Both the position numbers and the translations under genes were made by a program. The notes under the pieces were generated by a model. The model was not told the DNA's origin, ran no database searches, and worked only from the letters and a program-made list of their open reading frames with translations. 64,000 bases of DNA from the human T2T-CHM13v2.0 reference genome, Homo sapiens: NCBI RefSeq assembly GCF_009914755.1, contig NC_060942.1; one strand, given 5' to 3'. Each line of letters opens with the position of its first letter. Within the stretch, counting starts at the first letter, position 1. Shown here piece by piece: positions 38,901-54,100 of the stretch.

Positions 38901-41900
38901 TTCTTTCTGATGATTGCATTCAAGTCACAGAATTGAACATTCCCTTTCACAGAGCAGGTTTGAAACACTCTTTTTGTAGTGTGTGTAAGTGGACATTTGG
39001 AGCGCTTTCTGGCCTAAGGTGAACAAGGAAATATCTTCCCATAAACACTAGACAGAAGCATTCTCAGAAACTTACTCGTGATGTGTGTCCTCAACTAAAG
39101 GAGAAGAACCTTTCTATTCATAGAGAAGTTTTGAAATGCTCTTTTTGTGGAATCTCCAAGTGGATATTTGGCTAGTTTTGAGGATTTCGTTGGAAGCGGG
39201 AATTCATACAAATTGCAGACTGCAGCGTTCTGAGAAACATCTTTGTGATGTTTGTATTCAGGACACAGAGATGAACATTCCCTATCATAGAGCAGGTTGG
39301 AATCACTCCTTTTGTAGTATCTGGAAGTGGACATTTGGAGCGCTTTCAGGCCTATGTTGAAAAAGGAAATATCTTCCCATAACAACTAGACACAAGCATT
39401 CTCAGAAACTTGTTTGTGATGTGTGCCCTCTACTGACAGAGTTGAACCTTTCTTTTCATAGAGCAGTTTTGAAACACTCTTTTTGTAGAATCTGCAAGAG
39501 GATATTTGCATAGCTTTGAGGATTTCGTGGGAAACGGGATTGTCTTCAGGTAAAATCTAGACAGAAGCATTCTCAGAAACTTCTTTGGGATGTTTGCATT
39601 CAAGTCACAGAGTAGAACATTCCCTTTGGTAGAGCAGGTTTGAAACACTCTTTTTGTAGTATCTGGAAGTGGACATTTGGAGCACTTTCAGGCCCATGTT
39701 GGAAAGGGAAATATCTTCCCGTAACAACTAGGCAGAAGCATTCTCAGAAACTTATTTGAGATGTGTGGACTCAACTAAGAGAATTGAACCACCGTTTTGA
39801 AGGAGCAGTTTTGAAACACTCTTTTTCTGGAATCTGCAAGAGTATATTTGCCTAGCCTTGAGGATTTCGTTGGAAACGGGATTGTCTTCAGATAAAATCT
39901 AGACAGAAGCATTCTCAGAAACTTCTTTGGGATGTTTGCATTCAAGTCACAGAGTAGAACATTCCCTTTGGTAGAGCAGGTTTGAAACACTCTTTTTTTA
40001 GTATCTGGAAGTGGACATTTGGAGCGCTTTCAGGCCTACGTTGGAAAAGGAAATATCTTCCCATAACAACTAGACAGAAGCAATCTCAGAAACTAGTTTC
40101 TGATGTGTGTCCTCAACTAACACAGTTGTACATTTCTTTAGACAGAACAGTTTTGAAACACTCTTTTTGTGGAATCTGCAAGTGGATATTTGGCTAGATT
40201 TGAGGATTTCGTTGGAAACGGGATTACATATAAAAAGCAGTCAGCAGCATTCTCAGAAAGTTCTTTGTGATGATTGCATTCAAGTCACAGAATTGAACAT
40301 TCCCTTTCACAGAGCAGGTTTGAAACACTCTTTTTGTAGTGTGTGTAAGTGGACTTTTGGAGCGCTTTCCGGCCTAAGGTGAAAAAGGAAATATCTTCCC
40401 ATAAAAACTAGACAGAAGCATTCTCAGAAACTTACTCGTGATGTGTGTCCTCAACTAAAGGAGTAGAACCTTTCTTTTCATAGAGAAGTTTTGAAACGCT
40501 CTTTTTGTGGAATCTGCAAGTGGATATTTGGCTAGTTTTGAGGATTTCGTTGGAAGCGGGAATTCATACAAATTGCAGACTGCAGCGTTCTGAGAAACAT
40601 CTTTGTGATGTTTGTATTCAGGACACAGAGTTGAACATTCCCTATCATAGAGCAGGTTTGAGTCACTCCTTTTGTAGTATCTGGAAGTGGACATTTGGAG
40701 CGCTTTCAGGCCTATGTTGGAAAAGGAAATATCTTCCCATAAGAACTAGACAGAAGCATTCTCAGAAACTTATTTGAGATGTGTGTACTCAACTAAGAGA
40801 ATTGAACCACCGTTTTGAAGGAGCAGTTTTGAAACACTCTTTTTCTGGAATCTGCAAGTGGATATTTGGCTAGCTTTGGGGATTTCGCTGGAAGCGGGAA
40901 TACATATAAAAAGCACACAGCAGCGTTCTGAGAAACTGCTTTCTGATGTTTGCATTCAAGTCAAAAGTTGAACACTCCCTTTCATAGAGCAGTCTTGAAA
41001 CACCCCTTTTGTAGTATCTGGAACTGGACATTTGGAGCGCTTTCAGGGCTAAGGTGAAAAAGGAAATATCTTCCCATAAAAACTGGACAGAAGCATTCTC
41101 AGAAACTTGTTTATGCTGTATCTACTCTACTAACAAAGTTGAACCTTTCTTTTGATAGAGCAGTTTTGAAATGCTCTTTTTGTGGAATCTGCAAGTGGAT
41201 ATTTGGCTAGTTTTGAGGATTTCGTTGGAAGCTGGAATTCATACAAATTGCAGACTGCAGCGTTCTGAGAAACATCTTTGTGATGTTTGTATTCAGGACA
41301 CAGAGTTGAACATTCCCTATCATAGAGCAGGTTGGAATCACTCCTTTTGCAGTATCTGGAAGTGGACATTTGGAGCGCTTTCAGGCCTATTTTGGAAAGG
41401 GAAATATCTTCCCGTAACAACTAGGCAGAAGCATTCTCTGAAACTTATTTGAGATGTGTGTACTCAACTAAGAGAATTGAACCACCGTTTTGAAGGAGCA
41501 GTTTTGAAACACTCTTTATCTGGAATCTGCTAGAGGATATTTGCCTAGCTTTGAGGATTTCGTTGGAAACGGGATTGTCTTCAGATCAAATCTAGACAGA
41601 AGCATTCTCAGAAACTTCTTTGGGATGTTTGTATTCAAGTCACAGAGTAGAACATTCCCTTTGGTAGAGCAGGTTTGAAACACTCTTTTTTTAGTATATG
41701 GAAGTGGACATTTGGAGCGCTTTCAGGCCTACGTTGGAAAAGGAAATATCTTCCCATAACAACTAGACAGAAGCATTCTCAGAAACTAGTTTCTGATGTG
41801 TGTCCTCAACTAACACAGTTGAACTTTTCTTTAGACAGAAGAGTTTTGAAACACTCTTTTTGTGGAATCTGCAAGTGGATATTTGGCTAGATTTGAGGAT

Positions 41901-42100
41901 GTCGTTGGAAACGGGATTACATATAAAAAGCAGTCAGCAGCATTCTCAGAAAGTTCTTTGTGATGATTGCATTCAAGTCACAGAATTGAACATTCCCTTT
42001 CACAGAGCAGGTTTGAAACACTCTTTTTGTAGTGTGTGTAAGTGGACATTTGGAGCGCTTTCTGGCCTAAGGTGAACAAGGAAATATCTTCCCATAAAAA
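35995..42100 (+). repeat. Alternating 8-mer/10-mer block (3053 bp period x2)
   Basis: 8-mer 35995, 10-mer 37355, 8-mer 39048, 10-mer 40408. Confidence 0.88.
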
Positions 42101-45100
42101 CTAGACAGAAGCATCCTCAGAAACTTACTCGTGATGTGTGTCCTCAACTAAAGGAGTAGAACCTTTCTATTCATAGAGAAGTTTTGAAATGCTCTTTTTG
42201 TGGAATCTCCAAGTGGATATTTGGCTAGTTTTGAGGATTTCGTTGGAAGCAGGAATTCATACAAATTGCAGACTGCAGCGTTCTGAGAAACATCTTTGTG
42301 ATGTTTGTATTCAAGACACAGAGATGAACATTCCCTATCATAGAGCATGTTGGAATCACTCCTTTTGTAGTATCTGGAAGTGGACATTTGGAGCGCTTTC
42401 AGGCCTATGTTGAAAAAGGAAATATCTTCCCATAACAACTAGACACAAGCATTCTCAGAAACTTGTTTGTGATGTGTGCCCTCTACTGACAGAGTTGAAC
42501 CTTTCTTTTCATAGAGCAGTTTTGAAACACTCTTTTTGTAGAATCCGCAAGAGGATATTTGCATAGCTTTGAGGATTTCGTGGGAAACGGGATTGTCTTT
42601 AGGTAAAATCTAGACAGAAGCATTCTCAGAAACTTCTTTGGGATGTTTGCATTCAAGTCACAGAGTAGAACATTCCCTTTGGTAGAGCAGGTTTGAAACA
42701 CTCTTTTTGTAGTATCTGGAAGTGGACATTTGGAGCGCTTTCAGGCCCATGTTGGAAAGGGAAATATCTTCCCGTAACAACTAGGCAGAAGCATTCTCAG
42801 AAACTTATTTGAGATGTGTGTACTCAACTAAGAGAATTGAACCACCGTTTTGAAGGAGCAGTTTTGAAACACTCTTTTTCTGGAATCTGCAAGAGTATAT
42901 TTGCCTAGCCTTGAGGATTTCGTTGGAAACGGGATTGTCTTGAGATAAAATCTAGACAGAAGCATTCTCAGAAACTTCTTTGGGATGTTTGCATTCAAGT
43001 CACAGAGTAGAACATTCCCTTTGGTAGAGCAGGTTTGAAACACTCTTTTTTTAGTATATGGAAGTGGACATTTGGAGCGCTTTCAGGCCTACGTTGGAAA
43101 AGGAAATATCTTCCCATAACAACTAGACAGAAGCATTCTGAGAAACTAGTTTCTGATGTGTGTCCTCAACTAACACAGTTGAACTTTTCTTTAGACAGAA
43201 CAGTTTTGAAACACTCTTTTTGTGGAATCTGCAATTGGATATTGGGCTAGATTTGAGGATTTCGTTGGAAACGGGATTACATATAAAAAGCAGACAGCAG
43301 CATTCTCAGAAAGTTCTTTGTGGTGATTGCATTCAAGTCACAGAATTGAACATTCCCTTTCACAGAGCAGGTTTGAAACACTCTTTTTGTAGTGAGTGTA
43401 AGTGGACATTTGGAGCGCTTTCCGGCCTAAGGTGAAAAAGGAAATATCTTCCCATAAAAACTAGACAGAAGCATTCTCAGAAACTTACTCGTGATGTGTG
43501 TCCTCAACTAAAGGAGTAGAACCTTTCTATTCATAGAGAAGTTTTGAAACGCTCTTTTTGTGGAATCTCCAAGTGGATATTTGGCTAGTTTTGAGGATTT
43601 CGTTGGAAGCGGGAATTCATACAAATTGCAGACTGCAGCGTTCTGAGAAACATCTTTGTGATGTTTGTATTCAGGACACAGAGATGAACATTCCCTATCA
43701 TAGAGCAGGTTGGAATCACTCCTTTTGTAGTATCTGGAAGTGGACATTTGGAGCGCTTTCAGGCCTATGTTGAAAAAGGAAATATCTTCCCATAACAACT
43801 AGACACAAGCATTCTCAGAAACTTGTTTGTGATGTGTGCCCTCTACTGACAGAGTTGAACCTTTCTTTTCATAGAGCAGTTTTGAAACACTCTTGTTGTA
43901 GAATCCGCAAGAGGATATTTGCATAGCTTTGAGGATTTCGTGGGAAACGGGATTGTCTTCAGGTAAAATCTAGACAGAAGCATTCTCAGAAACTTCTTTG
44001 GGATGTTTGCATTCAAGTCACAGAGTAGAACATTCCCTTTGGTAGAGCAGGTTTGAAACACTCTTTTTGTAGTATCTGGAAGTGGACATTTGGAGCGCTT
44101 TCAGGCCCATGTTGGAAAGGGAAATATCTTCCCGTAACAACTAGGCAGAAGCATTCTCAGAAACTTATTGGAGATGTGTGTACTCAACTAAGAGAATTGA
44201 ACCACCGTTTTGAAGGAGCAGTTTTGAAACACTCTTTTTCTGGAATCTGCAAGAGTATATTTGCCTAGCCTTGAGGATTTCGTTGGAAACGGCATTGTCT
44301 TCAGAGAAAATCTAGACAGAAGCATTCTCAGAAACTTCTTTGGGATGTTTGCATTCAAGTCACAGAGTAGAACATTCCCTTTGGTAGAGCAGGTTTGAAA
44401 CACTCTTTTTTTAGTATATGGAAGTGGACATTTGGAGCGCTTTCAGGCCTACGTTGGAAAAGGAAATATCTTCCCATAACAACTAGACAGAAGCATTCTC
44501 AGAAACTAGTTTCTGATGTGTGTCCTCAACTAACACAGTTGTACATTTCTTTAGACAGAACAGTTTTGAAACACTCTTTTTGTGGAATCTGCAAGTGGAT
44601 ATTGGGCTAGATTTGAGGATTTCGTTGGAAACGGGATTACATATAAAAAGCAGTCAGCAGCATTCTCAGAAAGTTCTTTGTGATGATTGCATTCAAGTCA
44701 CAGAATTGAACATTCCCTTTCACAGAGCAGGTTTGAAACACTCTTTTTGTAGTGAGTGTAAGTGGACATTTGGAGCGCTTTCCGGCCTAAGGTGAAAAAG
44801 GAAATATCTTCCCATAAAAACTAGACAGAAGCATTCTCAGAAACTTACTCGTGATGTGTGTCCTCAACTAAAGGAGTAGAACCTTTCTATTCATAGAGAA
44901 GTTTTCAAACGCTCTTTTTGTGGAATCTCCAAGTGGATATTTGGCTAGTTTTGAGGATTTCGTTGGAAGCGGGAATTCATACAAATTGCAGACTGCAGCG
45001 TTATGAGAAACATCTTTGTGATGTTTGTATTCAAGACACAGAGATGAACATTCCCTATCATAGAGCAGGTTGGAATCACTCCTTTTGTAGTATCTGGAAG

Positions 45101-48100
45101 TGGACATTTGGAGCGCTTTCAGGCCTATGTTGAAAAAGGAAATATCTTCCCATAACAACTAGACACAAGCATTCTCAGAAACTTGTTTGTGATGTGTGCC
45201 CTCTACTGACAGAGTTGAACCTTTCTTTTCATAGAGCAGTTTTGAAACACTCTTTTTGTAGAATCTGCAAGAGGATATTTCCATAGCTTTGAGAATTTCG
45301 TGGGAAACGGGATTGTCTTCAGGTAAAATCTAGACAGGAGCGTTCTCAGAAACTTCTTTGGGATGTTTGCATTCAAGTCACAGAGTAGAACATTCCCTTT
45401 GGTAGAGCAGGTTTGAAACACTCTTTTTGTAGTATCTGGAAGTGGACATTTGGAGCGCTTTATGGCCCATGTTGGAAAGGGAAATATCTTCCCGTAACAA
45501 CTAGGCAGAAGCATTCTCAGACACTTATTTGAGATGTGTGTACTCAACTAAGAGAATTGAACCACCGTTTTGAAGGAGCAGTTTTGAAACACTCTTTTTC
45601 TGGAATCTGCAAGAGTATATTTGCCTAGCCTTGAGGATTTCGTTGGAAACGGGATTGTCTTCAGATAAAATCTAGACAGAAGCATTCTCAGAAACTTCTT
45701 TGGGATGTTTGCATTCAAGTCACAGAGTAGAACATTCCCTTTGGTAGAGCAGGTTTGAAACACTCTTTTTTTAGTATATGGAAGTGGACATTTGGAGCGC
45801 TTTCAGGCCTACGTTGGAAAAGGAAATATCTTCCCATAACAACTAGACAGAAGCATTCTCAGAAACTAGTTTCTGATGTGTGTCCTCAACTAACACAGTT
45901 GAACTTTTCTTTAGACAGAACAGTTTTGAAACACTCTTTTTGTGGAATCTGCAAGTGGATATTGGGCTAGATTTGAGGATTTCGTTGGAAACGGGATTAC
46001 ATATAAAAAGCAGACAGCAGCATTCTGAGAAAGTTCTTTGTGATGATTGCATTCAAGTGACAGAATTGAACATTCCCTTTCACAGAGCAGGTTTGAAACA
46101 CTCTTTTTGTAGTGTGTGTAAGTGGACATTTGGAGCGCTTTCCGGCCTAAGGTGAAAAAGGACATATCTTCCCATAAAAATTAGACAGAAGCATTCTCAG
46201 AAACTTAATCGTGATGTGTGTCCTCAACTAAAGGAGTAGAACCTTTCTATTCATAGAGAAGTTTTGAAACGCTCTTTTTGTGGAATCTCCAAGTGGATAT
46301 TTGGCTAGTTTTGAGGATTTCGTTGGAAGCGGGAATTCATACAAATTGCAGACTGCAGCGTTCTGAGAAACATCTTTGTGATGTTTGTATTCAGGACACA
46401 GAGATGAACATTCCCTATCATAGAGCAGGTTGGAATCACTCCTTTTGTAGTATCTGGAAGTGGACATTTGGAGCGCTTTCAGGGCTATGTTGAAAAAGGA
46501 AATATCTTCCCATAACAACTAGACACAAGCATTCTCAGAAACTTGTTTGTGATGTGTGCCCTCTACTGACAGAGTTGAACCTTTCTTTTCATAGAGCAGT
46601 TTTGAAACACTCTTTTTGTAGAATCTGCAAGAGGATATTTGCATAGCTTTGAGGATTTCGTGGGAAACGGGATTGTCTTCAGGTAAAATCTAGACAGAAG
46701 CATTCTCAGAAACTTCTTTGGGATGTTTGCATTCAAGTCACAGAGTAGAACATTCCCTTTGGTAGAGCAGGTTTGAAACACTCTTTTTGTAGTATCTGGA
46801 AGTGGACATTTGGAGCGCTTTCAGGCCCATGTTGGAAAGGGAAATATCTTCCCGTAACAACTAGGCAGAAGCATTCTCAGAAACTTATTTGAGATGTGTG
46901 TACTCAACTAAGAGAATTGAACCACCGTTTTGAAGGAGCAGTTTTGAAACACTCTTTTTCTGGAATCTGCAAGAGTATATTTGCCTAGCCTTGAGATTTT
47001 CGTTGGAAACGGGATTGTCTTCAGAGAAAATCTAGACAGAAGCATTCTCAGAAACTTCTTTGAGATGTTTGCATTCAAGTCACAGAGTAGAACATTCCCT
47101 TTGGTAGAGCAGGTTTGAAACACTCTTTTTTTAGTATATGGAAGTGGACATTTGGAGCGCTTTCAGGCCTACGTTGGAAAAGGAAATATCTTCCCATAAC
47201 AACTAGACAGAAGCATTCTCAGAAACTAGTTTCTGATGTGTGTCCTCAACTAACACAGTTGTACATTACTTTAGACAGAACAGTTTTGAAACACTCTTTT
47301 TGTGGAATCTGCAAGTGGATATTGGGCTAGATTTGAGGATTTCGTTGGAAACGGGATTACATATAAAAAGCAGTCAGCAGCATTCTCAGAAAGTTCTTTG
47401 TGATGATTGCATTCAAGTCACAGAATTGAACATTCCCTTTCACAGAGCAGGTTTGAAACACTCTTTTTGTAATGTGTGTAAGTGGACATTTGGAGCGCTT
47501 TCCGGCCTAAGGTGAAAAAGGACATATCTTACCATAAAAACCAGACAGAAGCATTGTCAGAAACTTACTCGTGATGTGTGTCCTCAACTAAAGGAGTAGA
47601 ACCTTTCTATTCATAGAGAAGTTTTGAAACGCTCTTTTTGTGGAATCTCCAAGTGGATATTTGGCTAGTTTTGAGGATTTCGTTGGAAGCGGGAATTCAT
47701 ACAAATTGCAGACTGCAGCGTTCTGAGAAACATCGTTGTGATGTTTGTATTCAGGACACAGAGTTGAACATTCCCTATCATAGAGCAGGTTTGAATCACT
47801 CCTTTTGTAGTATCTGGAAGTGGACATTTGGAGCGCTTTCAGGCCTATGTTGGAAAAGGAAATATCTTCCCATAACAACTAGACAGAAGCATTCTCAGAA
47901 ACTTATTTGAGATGTGTGTACTCAACTAAGAGAATTGAACCACCGTTTTGAAGGAGCAGTTTTGAAACACTCTTTTTCTGGAATCTGCAAGTGGATATTT
48001 GGCTAGCTTTGGGGATTTCGCTGGAAGCGGGAATACATATAAAAAGCACACAGCAGCGTTCTGAGAAACTGCTTTCTGATGTTTGCATTCAAGTCAAAAG

Positions 48101-51100
48101 TTGAACACTCCCTTTCATAGAGCAGTCTTGAAACACCCCTTTTGTAGTATCTGGAACTGGACATTTGGAGCGCTTTCAGGGCTAAGGTGAAAAAGGAAAT
48201 ATCTTCCCATAAAAACTGGACAGAAGCATTCTCAGAAACTTGTTTATGCTGTATCTACTCTACTAACAAAGTTGAACCTTTCTTTTGATAGAGCAGTTTT
48301 GAAATGCTCTTTTTGTGGAATCTGCAAGTGGATATTTGGCTAGTTTTGAGGATTTCGTTGGAAGCTGGAATTCATGCAAATTGCAGACTGCAGCGTTCTG
48401 AGAAACATCTTTGTGATGTTTGTATTCAGGACACAGAGTTGAACTTTCCCTATCATAGAGCAGGTTGGAATCACTCCTTTTGCAGTATCTGGAAGTGGAC
48501 ATTTGGAGCGCTTTCAGGCCTATTTTGGAAAGGGAAATATCTTCCCGTAACAACTAGGCAGAAGCATTCTCTGAAACTTATTTGAGATGTGTGTACTCAA
48601 CTAAGAGAATTGAACCACCGTTTTGAAGGAGCAGTTTTGAGACACTCTTTTTCTGGAATCTGCTAGAGGATATTTGCCTAGCTTTGAGGATTTCGTTGGA
48701 AACGGGATTGTCTTCAGATCAAATCTAGACAGAAGCATTCTCAGAAACTTCTTTGGGATGTTTGTATTCAAGTCACAGAGTAGAACATTCCCTTTGGTAG
48801 AGCAGGTTTGAAACACTCTTTTTTTAGTATATGGAAGTGGACATTTGGAGCGCTTTCAGGCCTACGTTGGAAAAGGAAATATCTTCCCATAACAACTAGA
48901 CAGAAGCATTCTCAGAAACTAGTTTCTGATGTGTGTCCTCAAGTAACACAGTTGAACTTTTCTTTAGACAGAAGAGTTTTGAAACACTCTTTTTGTGGAA
49001 TCTGCAAGTGGATATTTGGCTAGATTTGAGGATTTCGTTGGAAACGGGATTACATATAAAAAGCAGACAGGAGCATTCTCAGAAAGTTCTTTCTGATGAT
49101 TGCATTCAAGTCACAGAATTGAACATTCCCTTTCACAGAGCAGGTTTGAAACACTCTTTTTGTAGTGTGTGTAAGTGGACATTTGGAGCGCTTTCTGGCC
49201 TAAGGTGAACAAGGAAATATCTTCCCATAAAAACTAGACAGAAGCATCCTCAGAAACTTACTCGTGATGTGTGTCCTCAACTAAAGGAGTAGAACCTTTC
49301 TATTCATAGAGAAGTTTTGAAATGCTCTTTTTGTGGAATCTCCAAGTGGATATTTGGCTAGTTTTGAGGATTTCGTTGGAAGCAGGAATTCATACAAATT
49401 GCAGACTGCAGCGTTCTGAGAAACATCTTTGTGATGTTTGTATTCAAGACACAGAGATGAACATTCCCTATCATAGAGCATGTTGGAATCACTCCTTTTG
49501 TAGTATCTGGAAGTGGACATTTGGAGCGCTTTCAGGCCTATGTTGAAAAAGGAAATATCTTCCCATAACAACTAGACACAAGCATTCTCAGAAACTTGTT
49601 TGTGATGTGTGCCCTCTACTGACAGAGTTGAACCTTTCTTTTCATAGAGCAGTTTTGAAACACTCTTTTTGTAGAATCCGCAAGAGGATATTTGCATAGC
49701 TTTGAGGATTTCGTGGGAAACGGGATTGTCTTTAGGTAAAATCTAGACAGAAGCATTCTCAGAAACTTCTTTGGGATGTTTGCATTCAAGTCACAGAGTA
49801 GAACATTCCCTTTGGTAGAGCAGGTTTGAAACACTCTTTTTGTAGTATCTGGAAGTGGACATTTGGAGCGCTTTCAGGCCCATGTTGGAAAGGGAAATAT
49901 CTTCCCGTAACAACTAGGCAGAAGCATTCTCAGAAACTTATTTGAGATGTGTGTACTCAACTAAGAGAATTGAACCACCGTTTTGAAGGAGCAGTTTTGA
50001 AACACTCTTTTTCTGGAATCTGCAAGAGTATATTTGCCTAGCCTTGAGGATTTCGTTGGAAACGGGATTGTCTTGAGATAAAATCTAGACAGAAGCATTC
50101 TCAGAAACTTCTTTGGGATGTTTGCATTCAAGTCACAGAGTAGAACATTCCCTTTGGTAGAGCAGGTTTGAAACACTCTTTTTTTAGTATATGGAAGTGG
50201 ACATTTGGAGCGCTTTCAGGCCTACGTTGGAAAAGGAAATATCTTCCCATAACAACTAGACAGAAGCATTCTGAGAAACTAGTTTCTGATGTGTGTCCTC
50301 AACTAACACAGTTGAACTTTTCTTTAGACAGAACAGTTTTGAAACACTCTTTTTGTGGAATCTGCAATTGGATATTGGGCTAGATTTGAGGATTTCGTTG
50401 GAAACGGGATTACATATAAAAAGCAGACAGCAGCATTCTCAGAAAGTTCTTTGTGGTGATTGCATTCAAGTCACAGAATTGAACATTCCCTTTCACAGAG
50501 CAGGTTTGAAACACTCTTTTTGTAGTGAGTGTAAGTGGACATTTGGAGCGCTTTCCGGCCTAAGGTGAAAAAGGAAATATCTTCCCATAAAAACTAGACA
50601 GAAGCATTCTCAGAAACTTACTCGTGATGTGTGTCCTCAACTAAAGGAGTAGAACCTTTCTATTCATAGAGAAGTTTTGAAACGCTCTTTTTGTGGAATC
50701 TCCAAGTGGATATTTGGCTAGTTTTGAGGATTTCGTTGGAAGCGGGAATTCATACAAATTGCAGACTGCAGCGTTCTGAGAAACATCTTTGTGATGTTTG
50801 TATTCAGGACACAGAGATGAACATTCCCTATCATAGAGCAGGTTGGAATCACTCCTTTTGTAGTATCTGTAAGTGGACATTTGGAGCGCTTTCAGGCCTA
50901 TGTTGAAAAAGGAAATATCTTCCCATAACAACTAGACACAAGCATTCTCAGAAACTTGTTTGTGATGTGTGCCCTCTACTGACAGAGTTGAACCTTTCTT
51001 TTCATAGAGCAGTTTTGAAACACTCTTGTTGTAGAATCCGCAAGAGGATATTTGCATAGCTTTGAGGATTTCGTGGGAAACGGGATTGTCTTCAGGTAAA

Positions 51101-54100
51101 ATCTAGACAGAAGCATTCTCAGAAACTTCTTTGGGATGTTTGCATTCAAGTCACAGAGTAGAACATTCCCTTTGGTAGAGCAGGTTTGAAACACTCTTTT
51201 TGTAGTATCTGGAAGTGGACATTTGGAGCGCTTTCAGGCCCATGTTGGAAAGGGAAATATCTTCCCGTAACAACTAGGCAGAAGCATTCTCAGAAACTTA
51301 TTGGAGATGTGTGTACTCAACTAAGAGAATTGAACCACCGTTTTGAAGGAGCAGTTTTGAAACACTCTTTTTCTGGAATCTGCAAGAGTATATTTGCCTA
51401 GCCTTGAGGATTTCGTTGGAAACGGCATTGTCTTCAGAGAAAATCTAGACAGAAGCATTCTCAGAAACTTCTTTGGGATGTTTGCATTCAAGTCACAGAG
51501 TAGAACATTCCCTTTGGTAGAGCAGGTTTGAAACACTCTTTTTTTAGTATATGGAAGTGGACATTTGGAGCGCTTTCAGGCCTACGTTGGAAAAGGAAAT
51601 ATCTTCCCATAACAACTAGACAGAAGCATTCTCAGAAACTAGTTTCTGATGTGTGTCCTCAACTAACACAGTTGTACATTTCTTTAGACAGAACAGTTTT
51701 GAAACACTCTTTTTGTGGAATCTGCAAGTGGATATTGGGCTAGATTTGAGGATTTCGTTGGAAACGGGATTATATATAAAAAGCAGTCAGCAGCATTCTC
51801 AGAAAGTTCTTTGTGATGATTGCATTCAAGTCACAGAATTGAACATTCCCTTTCACAGAGCAGGTTTGAAACACTCTTTTTGTAGTGAGTGTAAGTGGAC
51901 ATTTGGAGCGCTTTCCGGCCTAAGGTGAAAAAGGAAATATCTTCCCATAAAAACTAGACAGAAGCATTCTCAGAAACTTACTCGTGATGTGTGTCCTCAA
52001 CTAAAGGAGTAGAACCTTTCTATTCATAGAGAAGTTTTCAAACGCTCTTTTTGTGGAATCTCCAAGTGGATATTTGGCTAGTTTTGAGGATTTCGTTGGA
52101 AGCGGGAATTCATACAAATTGCAGACTGCAGCGTTATGAGAAACATCTTTGTGATGTTTGTATTCAAGACACAGAGATGAACATTCCCTATCATAGAGCA
52201 GGTTGGAATCACTCCTTTTGTAGTATCTGGAAGTGGACATTTGGAGCGCTTTCAGGCCTATGTTGAAAAAGGAAATATCTTCCCATAACAACTAGACACA
52301 AGCATTCTCAGAAACTTGTTTGTGATGTGTGCCCTCTACTGACAGAGTTTAACCTTTCTTTTCATAGAGCAGTTTTGAAACACTCTTTTTGTAGAATCTG
52401 CAAGAGGATATTTCCATAGCTTTGAGGATTTCGTGGGAAACGGGATTGTCTTCAGGTAAAATCTAGACAGGAGCGTTCTCAGAAACTTCTTTGGGATGTT
52501 TGCATTCAAGTCACAGAGTAGAACATTCCCTTTGGTAGAGCAGGTTTGAAACACTCTTTTTGTAGTATCTGGAAGTGGACATTTGGAGCGCATTATGGCC
52601 CATGTTGGAAAGGGAAATATCTTCCCGTAACAACTAGGCAGAAGCATTCTCAGACACTTATTTGAGATGTGTGTACTCAACTAAGAGAATTGAACCACCG
52701 TTTTGAAGGAGCAGTTTTGAAACACTCTTTTTCTGGAATCTGCAAGAGTATATTTGCCTAGCCTTGAGGATTTCGTTGGAAACGGGATTGTCTTCAGATA
52801 AAATCTAGACAGAAGCATTCTCAGAAACTTCTTTGGGATGTTTGCATTCAAGTCACAGAGTAGAACATTCCCTTTGGTAGAGCAGGTTTGAAACACTCTT
52901 TTTTTAGTATATGGAAGTGGACATTTGGAGCGCTTTCAGGCCTACGTTGGAAAAGGAAATATCTTCCCATAACAACTAGACAGAAGCATTCTCAGAAACT
53001 AGTTTCTGATGTGTGTCCTCAACTAACACAGTTGAACTTTTCTTTAGACAGAACAGTTTTGAAACACTCTTTTTGTGGAATCTGCAAGTGGATATTGGGC
53101 TAGATTTGAGGATTTCGTTGGAAACGGGATTACATATAAAAAGCAGACAGCAGCATTCTGAGAAAGTTCTTTGTGATGATTGCATTCAAGTGACAGAATT
53201 GAACATTCCCTTTCACAGAGCAGGTTTGAAACACTCTTTTTGTAGTGTGTGTAAGTGGACATTTGGAGCGCTTTCCGGCCTAAGGTGAAAAAGGACATAT
53301 CTTCCCATAAAAATTAGACAGAAGCATTCTCAGAAACTTAATCGTGATGTGTGTCCTCAACTAAAGGAGTAGAACCTTTCTATTCATAGAGAAGTTTTGA
53401 AACGCTCTTTTTGTGGAATCTCCAAGTGGATATTTGGCTAGTTTTGAGGATTTCGTTGGAAGCGGGAATTCATACAAATTGCAGACTGCAGCGTTCTGAG
53501 AAACATCTTTGTGATGTTTGTATTCAGGACACAGAGATGAACATTCCCTATCATAGAGCAGGTTGGAATCACTCCTTTTGTAGTATCTGGAAGTGGACAT
53601 TTGGAGCGCTTTCAGGGCTATGTTGAAAAAGGAAATATCTTCCCATAACAACTAGACACAAGCATTCTCAGAAACTTGTTTGTGATGTGTGCCCTCTACT
53701 GACAGAGTTGAACCTTTCTTTTCATAGAGCAGTTTTGAAACACTCTTTTTGTAGAATCTGCAAGAGGATATTTGCATAGCTTTGAGGATTTCGTGGGAAA
53801 CGGGATTGTCTTCAGGTAAAATCTAGACAGAAGCATTCTCAGAAACTTCTTTGGGATGTTTGCATTCAAGTCACAGAGTAGAACATTCCCTTTGGTAGAG
53901 CAGGTTTGAAACACTCTTTTTGTAGTATCTGGAAGTGGACATTTGGAGCGCTTTCAGGCCCATGTTGGAAAGGGAAATATCTTCCCGTAACAACTAGGCA
54001 GAAGCATTCTCAGAAACTTATTTGAGATGTGTGTACTCAACTAAGAGAATTGAACCACCGTTTTGAAGGAGCAGTTTTGAAACACTCTTTTTCTGGAATC